Positions 55,801 to 64,000 of a DNA stretch of 64,000 nt are shown here, one piece after another. How positions within the stretch are numbered: the first letter of the stretch is position 1; each line of letters begins with the position of its first letter. Source of the DNA: the human T2T-CHM13v2.0 reference genome, Homo sapiens; assembly GCF_009914755.1 (NCBI RefSeq), contig NC_060948.1. One strand, given 5' to 3'. Below the pieces are notes generated by a model. It did no database searches. It was not told the origin of the DNA and worked only from the letters and a program-made list of their open reading frames with translations. Both the position numbers and the translations under genes were made by a program.

Positions 55801-58800
55801 GAATGGACTCGACTGGTACGGACTCCAATGGAATGGAATCGAATGGAAGGGAATCGAACGGAATGGACTCGAAGGGAAAAGACTGCAATGGAAAGGTCTC
55901 GAATGGAATGGAAATTAATGGAATGGAATGGAATCGAATGAAATGGAGTCAAAAGGAATGGAATCGAATGGCAAGAAATCGAATGTAATGGAATCGCAAG
56001 GAATTGATGTGAACGGAACGGAATGGAATGGAATCCAAAGGAATGGAATAGAATGGAATGGAATCGAATGGAAAGGACTCGAATGGAAATCACTCGAATA
56101 GAATGCAATTTAATAAAATAGGATCAAATGTAATGGAATGGAATGGAAAGGAATCGAAACGAAAGGAATGGAGACAGATGGATTGGAATAGAACAGAGAG
56201 CAATGGTATAGAATGGAATGGAATCATCTGGAATGGAATTGAATGGAATGGAATAATATGAAATGGAATGGAATGGAATGGAATGGAATGCCCTTGAATT
56301 AAATGGACTGGAATGGAATGGACTCGAACAGAGTGGAATGGAAAGTGTTGAGATAGAATGGAATGGACTCCTTTGGAATGGTCTAGTACGCAATGCAATC
56401 GACTGGCAGGGAATCAAAAGGAATGTAATCGAATGGATTGGACTGGAATGCAATGGACTCGAATAGATTGCAAACGGGATGCAAAGGAATGGAATGGAAT
56501 AGTATGGAATGGAATGGAAAGGAATGGAGTGGAATAGACTAGAGTGGAATGGAATGGACTGGAAAGCAATGGACTGGAATGGAACTTTCTTGAATGGACT
56601 GGAATCAAACGGAATGGAATGCAATGCAATCAAATGGCATGGAATAAAATAGAATGAAAGAGAATCAAATGGAATTGAATCGAATGGAATCGAATGGATT
56701 GGAAAGGAATAGAATGGAATGGAATGGAATGGACTCAAATGGAATGGACTAGAATGGAATGGATTCGAATGGAAGGCAAAGGAATGGAATCTATTGGAAT
56801 GGACTGTAATGGAATGGAATGGAAGGGATTCGAATGGACTCGAATGGAATGGACTGCAATAGAAAGGGTTCGAATGGAATGAAAAAGAATTGAATGGAAT
56901 AGAACAGAATGGAATCAAATCGAATGAAATGGAATGGAATAGAAAGGAATGGAATGAAATGGAATGGAAAGGATTCGAATGGAATGCAATCGAATGGAAT
57001 GGAATCGAACGGAATGGAATAAAATGGAAGAAAACTGGCAAGAAATGGAATCGAAATGAATGGAGTGTTATGGAACGGACTCAAAAGGAATTGAATGTAA
57101 TAGAATGGAGTGGAGTGGACTCGAATATAATGGACTGGAATGGAATGAAATCACATGGAATGGGAACGAATGGAATGGAATGGAAAGGAATGGAATCGAA
57201 TGGAAAGGAATCGAATGGAAGGGAATGAAATTGAATCAACAGGAATGGAAGGGAATAGAATAGACGGTAATGGAATGGACTCGAATAGAATGGACACGAA
57301 TGCTCAAATTGAATGGACTCGAATGGAATGGAAACGAAAGGAATGTCATCGAATGGAATTGAATCGATTGCAATGAAATCGCATAGAATGGAGTGGAATC
57401 AAATGGAATTGAATCGAAAGGAAAGGAAGCGAATGGACTGAAATGAAATGGAATGGAATTGAATGGAAAGTAATGCAATGGAATAGAATGGAACGAAATT
57501 TCACGGAATGGAATCAAACTGAATGGAATCAAATCAATGGAATCTAATCAAATGGAATGGAAAGGAATTGAATGGAGTAGATTGGATTGGATGGGATTGG
57601 AATGAAATGTACTGGAAAGGACTCGAATTTCATGAAACGGAATGGAATGAATTGGAACGGAATGGACTCGAATGGAATGGAATGTCATGGAATGGCATCA
57701 AATGGAATGGCATCAAATGGAATGGAATCGAATGCAATGGAATGCTATGGAATGGAATGGAATGCATTGGAATGGAATGTCCTCTAATGGAATGGATTCG
57801 AGTGGAATGGAATCGAATATAATGGAGTCGAACGAAATGGAATTGAAAGGAATGGGATCGAATACAATGGAATATACTGGAATGTAATATAATGAACTCG
57901 AATGTAATTGACTGGAATGGAAGGTATATGAATGGAATGTAATCGAATGGAAAGTAATCCAATGGAATAGAATCTAATGCAATAAAATCGACTCAGATAG
58001 AGTAGCATGTAATGGAATGGAGTGCAGAGCAATGGAATGGAATGGAATGGAATGCAATGGAATGGAATGGAATGGAATGGAATGGAATGGAATGGAATGG
58101 GATGGGATGGAATGGTATGGAATGGATAGTAATGGACTGGAGTGAAATGGACTGGAAAGGAATGGACTCAAATTGAAAGGGCTCGAAAGGAATGGAGTCA
58201 AATGGAATGGTCTGGAATGGAATGAACACGAATGTAATGCAATCCAATAGAATGGAATCGAATGGCATGGAATATAAAGAAATGGAATCGGAGAGAATGG
58301 AAACAAATGGAATGGAATTGAATGGAATGGAATTGAATGGAATGGGAACGAATGGAGTGAAATTGTATGCAGTAGAAGGGAATAGAATGGAATGCAAGCA
58401 AAAGGAAAGGAATGGATTGGAATGGAATGGAATTCATTGGAATGGAAGGGAATGTAGTGTAATGGACAGGCCTGGAATAAAGTGCAATGCTACGGTCTCG
58501 AATGGAATAAAAATGTATGGAATGGAATGCAATGAAATGGAATCGAATGTCATAGAATGTAATGGAATGCAACAAAATGGAATCCAATATCATTGACTGG
58601 AAAGGCTGGGTGTCGAAAGGAATTGACTCCAATGGAATGGAATCGAATGGAATGGAAGTGAATAGAATCGAAATAAATTGAATGGAATGGAATTGATAGG
58701 AACGGAATGGAAAGGAATGCAATGATTTGGCATGGAATGGAATCGAATGGCATCGAATGGAATGGAATGGAATGCAATGGAATGGAATGTATTAGAATGT

Positions 58801-61800
58801 AATGAACTTTAATGGAATGTACTCGAATGGATTCGACTGGAATGGAATGTTCTGGAAGTGAATGGACTCCAATGGAATGGATTCAAAAGGAATGGAATCG
58901 TACGGAATGGAATCTAATGGAATGGAATTAAATGGAAATGAATCAAATTGAATAGCACGGAATTGAATTGAATGGAATGGAATGCAATGGAATCTAATGA
59001 AACGGAAAGGAAAGGAATGGAATGGAATGGAATGGGCTGGAATGGAAAGGAATCGAAACGAATGGAATGGAATCGAACTGAAGAGACTGGAATGGAATGC
59101 ACTGGAATGGAAGGGAGTGTAATGGAAGGTTCTCGAAAAAAATGGAATCGAATGGAATGGAATTGAATGGAACGGAATAGAGTCGAATGGAATTGAATGG
59201 AATGGAATGGACTAGAGTGAAATGGAATCGAACCACAAGGAATGGACATGAATAGAATGGTCTCGAATTGAATGGAATCGTATGGAATGGCATCAAACGG
59301 AATGGAATGGACAGCCACGGAATGGAATGCACTCGAATGCAATGGAGTCGAAACTAATGGACTGGAATAGAATGGACTCGACTGGTACGGACTCCAATGG
59401 AATGGAATCGAATGGAAGGGAATCGAACGGAATGGACTCGAAGGGAAAAGACTGCAATGGAAAGGTCTCGAATGGAATGGAAATTAATGGAATGGAATGG
59501 AATCGAATGAAATGGAGTCAAAAGGAATGGAATCGAATGGCAAGAAATCGAATGTAATGGAATCGCAAGGAATTGATGTGAACGGAACGGAATGGAATGG
59601 AATCCAAAGGAATGGAATAGAATGGAATGGAATCGAATGGAAAGGACTCGAATGGCAATCACTCGAATAGAATGCAATTTAATAAAATAGGATCAAATGT
59701 AATGGAATGGAATGGAAAGGAATCGAAACGAAAGGAATGGAGACAGATGGAATGGAATGGAACAGAGAGCAATGGTATAGAATGGAATGGAATCATCTGG
59801 AATGGAATTGAATGGAATGGAATAATATGAAATGGAATGGAATGGAATGGAATGGAATGGAATGCCCTTGAATTAAATGGACTGGAATGGAATGGACTCG
59901 AACAGAGTGGAATGGAAAGTGTTGAGATAGAATGGAATGGACTCCTCTGGAATGGTCTAGTATGCAATGCAATCGACTGGCAGGGAATCAAAAGGAATGT
60001 AATCGAATGGATTGGACTGGAATGCAATGGACTCGAATAGATTGGAAACGGGATGCAAAGGAATGGAATGGAATAGTATGGAATGGAATGGAAAGGAATG
60101 GAGTGGAATAGACTAGAGTGGAATGGAATGGACTGGAAAGCAATGGACTGGAATGGAACTTTCTTGAATGGACTGGAATCAAACGGAATGGAATGCAATG
60201 CAATCAAATGGCATGGAATAAAATAGAATGAAAGAGAATCAAATGGAATTGAATCGAATGGAATCGAATGGATTGGAAAGGAATAGAATGGAATGGAATG
60301 GAATGGACTCAAATGGAATGGACTAGAATGGAATGGATTCGAATGGAAGGCAAAGGAATGGAATCTATTGGAATGGACTGTAATGGAATGGAATGGAAGG
60401 GATTGGAATGGACTCGAATGGAATGGACTGCAATAGAAAGGATTCGAATGGAATGAAAAAGAATTGAATGGAATAGAACAGAATGGAATCAAATCGAATG
60501 AAATGGAATGGAATAGAAAGGAATGGAATGAAATGGAATGGAAAGGATTCGAATGGAATGCAATCGAATGGAATGGAATCGAACGGAATGGAATAAAATG
60601 GAAGAAAACTGGCAAGAAATGGAATCGAAATGAATGGAGTGTTATGGAACGGACTCAAAAGGAATTGAATGTAATAGAATGGAGTGGAGTGGACTCGAAT
60701 ATAATGGACTGGAATGGAATGAAATCACATGGAATGGGAACGAATGGAATGGAATGGAAAGGAATGGAATCGAATGGAAAGGAATCGAATGGAAGGGAAT
60801 GAAATTGAATCAACAGGAATGGAAGGGAATAGAATAGACGGTAATGGAATGGACTCGAATTGAATGGACACGAATGCTCAAATTGAATGGACTCGAATGG
60901 AATGGAAACGAAAGGAATGTCATCGAATGGAATTGAATCGATTGGAATGAAATCGCATAGAATGGAGTGGAATCAAATGGAATTGAATCGAAAGGAAAGG
61001 AAGCGAATGGACTGAAATGAAATGTAATGGAATTGAATGGAAAGTAATGCAATGGAATAGAATGGAACGAAATTTCACGGAATGGAATCAAACTGAATGG
61101 AATCAAATCACTGGAATCTAATGAAATGGAATGGAAAGGAATTGAATGGAGTACATTGGATTGGATGGGATTGGAATGAAATGTACTGGAAAGGACTCGA
61201 ATTTCATGAAACGGAATGGAATGAATTGGAACGGAAAGGACTCGAATGGAATGGAATGTCATGGAATGGCATCAAATGGAATGGCATCAAATGGAATGGA
61301 ATCGAATGCAATGGAATGCTATGGAATGGAATGGAATGCATTGGAATGGAATGTCCTCTAATGGAATGGATTCGAGTGGAATGGAATCGAATATAATGGA
61401 GTCGAATGAAATGGAATTGAAAGGAATGGGATCGAATACAATGGAATATACTGGAATGTAATGTAATGAACTAAAATGTAATTGACTGGAATGGAATGTA
61501 CATGAATGGAATGTAATCGAATGGAAAGTAATCCAATGGAATAGAATCTAATGCAATAAAATCGACTCAGATAGAGTAGAATGTAATGGAATGGAGTGCA
61601 GTGCAATGCAATGGAATGGAATGGAATGCAATGGAATGGAATGGAATGGAATGGAATGGAATGGAATGGGATGGAATGGTATGGAATGGATAGTAATGGA
61701 CTGGAGTGAAATGGACTGGAAAGGAATGGACTCAAATTGAAAGGGCTCGAAAGGAATGGAGTCAAATGGAATGGTCTGGAATGGAATGAACACGAATGTA

Positions 61801-64000
61801 ATGCAATCCAATAGAATGGAATCGAATGGCATGGAATATAAAGAAATGGAATCGAAGAGAATGGAAACAAATGGAATGGAATTGAATGGAAAGGAATTGA
61901 ATGGAATGGGAACGAATGGAGTGAAATTGTATGCAGTAGAAGGGAATAGAATGGAATGCAAGCGAAAGGAAAGGAATGGATTGGAATGGAATGGAATTCA
62001 TTGGAATGGAAGGGAATGTAGTGTAATGGACAGGTCTGGAATAAAGTGGAATGCTACGGTCTCAATGGAATAAAAATGTATGGAATGGAATGCAATGAAA
62101 CGGAATCGAATGTCATAGAATGTAATGGAATGCAAAAAAAATGGAATCCAAAATCATTGACTGGAAAGGCTGGGTGTCGAAAGGAATTGACTCCAATGGA
62201 ATGGAATCGAATGGAATGGAAGTGAATAGAATCGAACTAAATCGAATGGAATGGAATTGATAGGAACGGAATGGAAAGGAATGCAATGATTTGGCATGGA
62301 ATGGAATCGAATGGCATCGAATGGAATGGAATGGAATGCAATGGAATGGAATGTATTAGAATGTAATGAACTTTAATGGAATGTACTCGAATGGATTCGA
62401 CTGGAATGGAATGTTCTGGAAGTGAATGGACTCCAATGGAATGGATTCAAAAGGAAAGGAATCGTACGGAATGGAATCTAATGGAATGGAATTAAATGGA
62501 AATGAATCAAATTGAATAGCACGGATTTGAATTGAATGGAATGGAATGCAATGGAATCTAATGAAACGGAAAGGAAAGGAATGGAATGGAATGGAATGGA
62601 CTGGAATGGAAAGGAATCAAAACGAATTGAATGGAATCGAACTGAAGAGACTGGAATGGAATGCACTGGAATGGAAGGGAGTGTAATGGAAGGTTCTCGA
62701 AAAAAATGGAATCGAATGGAATGGAATTGAATGGAACGGAATAGAGTCGAATGGAATTGAATGGAATGGAATGGACTAGAGTGAAATGGAATCGAACCAC
62801 AAGGAATGGACATGAATAGAATGGTCTCGAATTGAATGGAATCGTATTGAATGGCATCAAACGGAATGGAATGGACAGCCACGGAATGGAATGCACTCGA
62901 ATGCAATGGAGTCGAAACTAATGGACTGGAATAGAATGGACTCGACTGGTACGGACTCCAATGGAATGGAATCGAATGGAAGGGAATCGAACGGAATGGA
63001 CTCGAAGGGAAAAGACTGCAATGGAAAGGTCTCGAATGGAATGGAAATTAATGGAATGGAATGGAATCGAATGAAATGGAGTCAAAAGGAATGGAATCGA
63101 ATGGCAAGAAATCGAATGTAATGGAATCACAAGGAATTGATGTGAACGGAACGGAATGGAATGGAATCCAAAGGAATGGAATAGAATGGAATGGAATCGA
63201 ATGGAAAGGACTCGAATGGAAATCACTCGAATAGAATGCAATTTAATAAAATAGGATCAAATGTAATGGAATGGAATGGAAGGGAATCGAAACGAAAGGA
63301 ATGGAGACAGATGGAATGGAATGGAAGAGAGAGCAATGGTATAGAATGGAATGGAATCATCTGGAATGGAATTGAATGGAATGGAATAATATGAAATGGA
63401 ATGGAATGGAATGGAATGGAATGCCCTTGAATTAAATGGACTGGAATGGAATGGACTCGAACAGAGTGGAATGGAAAGTGTTGAGATAGAATGGAATGGA
63501 CTCCTTTGGAATGGTGTAGTATGCAATGCAATCGACTGGCAGGGAATCAAAAGGAATGTAATCGAATGGATTGGACTGGAATGCAATGGACTCGAATAGA
63601 TTGGAAACGGAATGCAAAGGAATGGAATGGAATAGTATGGAATGGAATGGAAAGGAATGGAGTGGAATAGACTAGAGTGGAATGGAATGGACTGGAAAGC
63701 AATGGACTGGAATGGAACTTTCTTGAATGGACTGGAATCAAACGGAATGGAATGCAATGCAATCAAATGGCATGGAATAAAATAGAATGAAAGAGAATCA
63801 AATGGAATTGAATCGAATGGAATCGAATGGATTGGAAAGGAATAGAATGGAATGGAATGGAATTGACTCAAATGGAATGGACTAGAATGGAATGGATTCG
63901 AATGGAAGGCAAAGGAATGGAATCTATTGGAATGGACTGTAATGGAATGGAACGGAAGGGATTGGAATGGACTCGAATGGAATGGACTGCAATAGAAAGG

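Larger units (their letters stand above)
1..64000 (+). repeat. DYZ1: Human Satellite III (HSat3) array, DYZ1 family (Yq12): ~18 tandem copies of a ~3.56 kb unit built from degenerate GGAAT pentamers
   Basis: GGAAT and variants (CGAAT, GGACT, GCAAT, TGAAT) run uninterrupted end to end in one orientation. The landmark AGGCCT (StuI, contains HaeIII GGCC) recurs at 1518, 5081, 8655, 12234, 15787, 19346, 22905, 26449, 30002, 33561, 37120, 40664, 44223, 47751, 51325, 54899 and 58468, and is mutated at 62032. Spacing is 3528-3579 bp. One EcoRI site (first at 1480-1485) lies 38 bp upstream of each. This matches the classical male-specific ~3.4-3.6 kb HaeIII/EcoRI repeat. Confidence 0.96.

Noticed and set aside
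44421-58680. Shared variant CGAAATAAAT at ~44428 and ~58673 suggesting another ~14.2 kb duplication
   Set aside because: Flanking markers belong to different subfamilies. A single shared site is better explained by recurrence or a short conversion.
24-63871. Hundreds of ORFs up to 318 aa (MEWNG-rich on +, FHSIP-rich on -)
   Set aside because: These are exactly the translations of (GGAAT)n and (ATTCC)n, which contain no stop codon. They overlap in all frames, open and close with single variants, and show no domain or splice structure.
1-64000. CRISPR-like array or prokaryotic defence or other novel gene system
   Set aside because: There are no unique spacers, no cas or other real genes and no non-satellite DNA. 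The sequence is eukaryotic satellite throughout.
1-64000. HSat2, chromosome 9 HSat3, DYZ2/Alu or L1 insertions, or a strand inversion
   Set aside because: The ~3.56 kb unit and its landmarks fit DYZ1. HSat2-type ATCATCGAATGG periodicity is absent. No AT-rich DYZ2, Alu or L1 sequence and no switch to ATTCC on the + strand is seen.

Overview
The whole 64 kb window is human Satellite III DNA: a degenerate (GGAAT)n pentamer array with the G/A-rich strand on +, organised as about 18 head-to-tail copies of a ~3.56 kb unit. The unit length, the single HaeIII/StuI and EcoRI sites per unit and diagnostic sequence identify it as DYZ1 from Yq12 heterochromatin. I see no gene, RNA gene, transposon, DYZ2/Alu interruption or inversion, and every ORF in the track is a translation artefact of the pentamer. 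I found no protein-coding system. The interesting structure lies within the satellite: (1) a near-identical 14,215-bp (4-unit) tandem duplication; (2) older overlapping 1-, 2- and 3-unit duplications with mosaic variant sharing; (3) two invariant and one polymorphic perfect heat-shock element (nGAAnnTTCnnGAAn) per unit; (4) strict pentamer-register conservation with only four fixed phase shifts per unit; (5) restriction-site gains and losses that give unique marks. All comparisons were made by eye, so variant lists are minimum counts.
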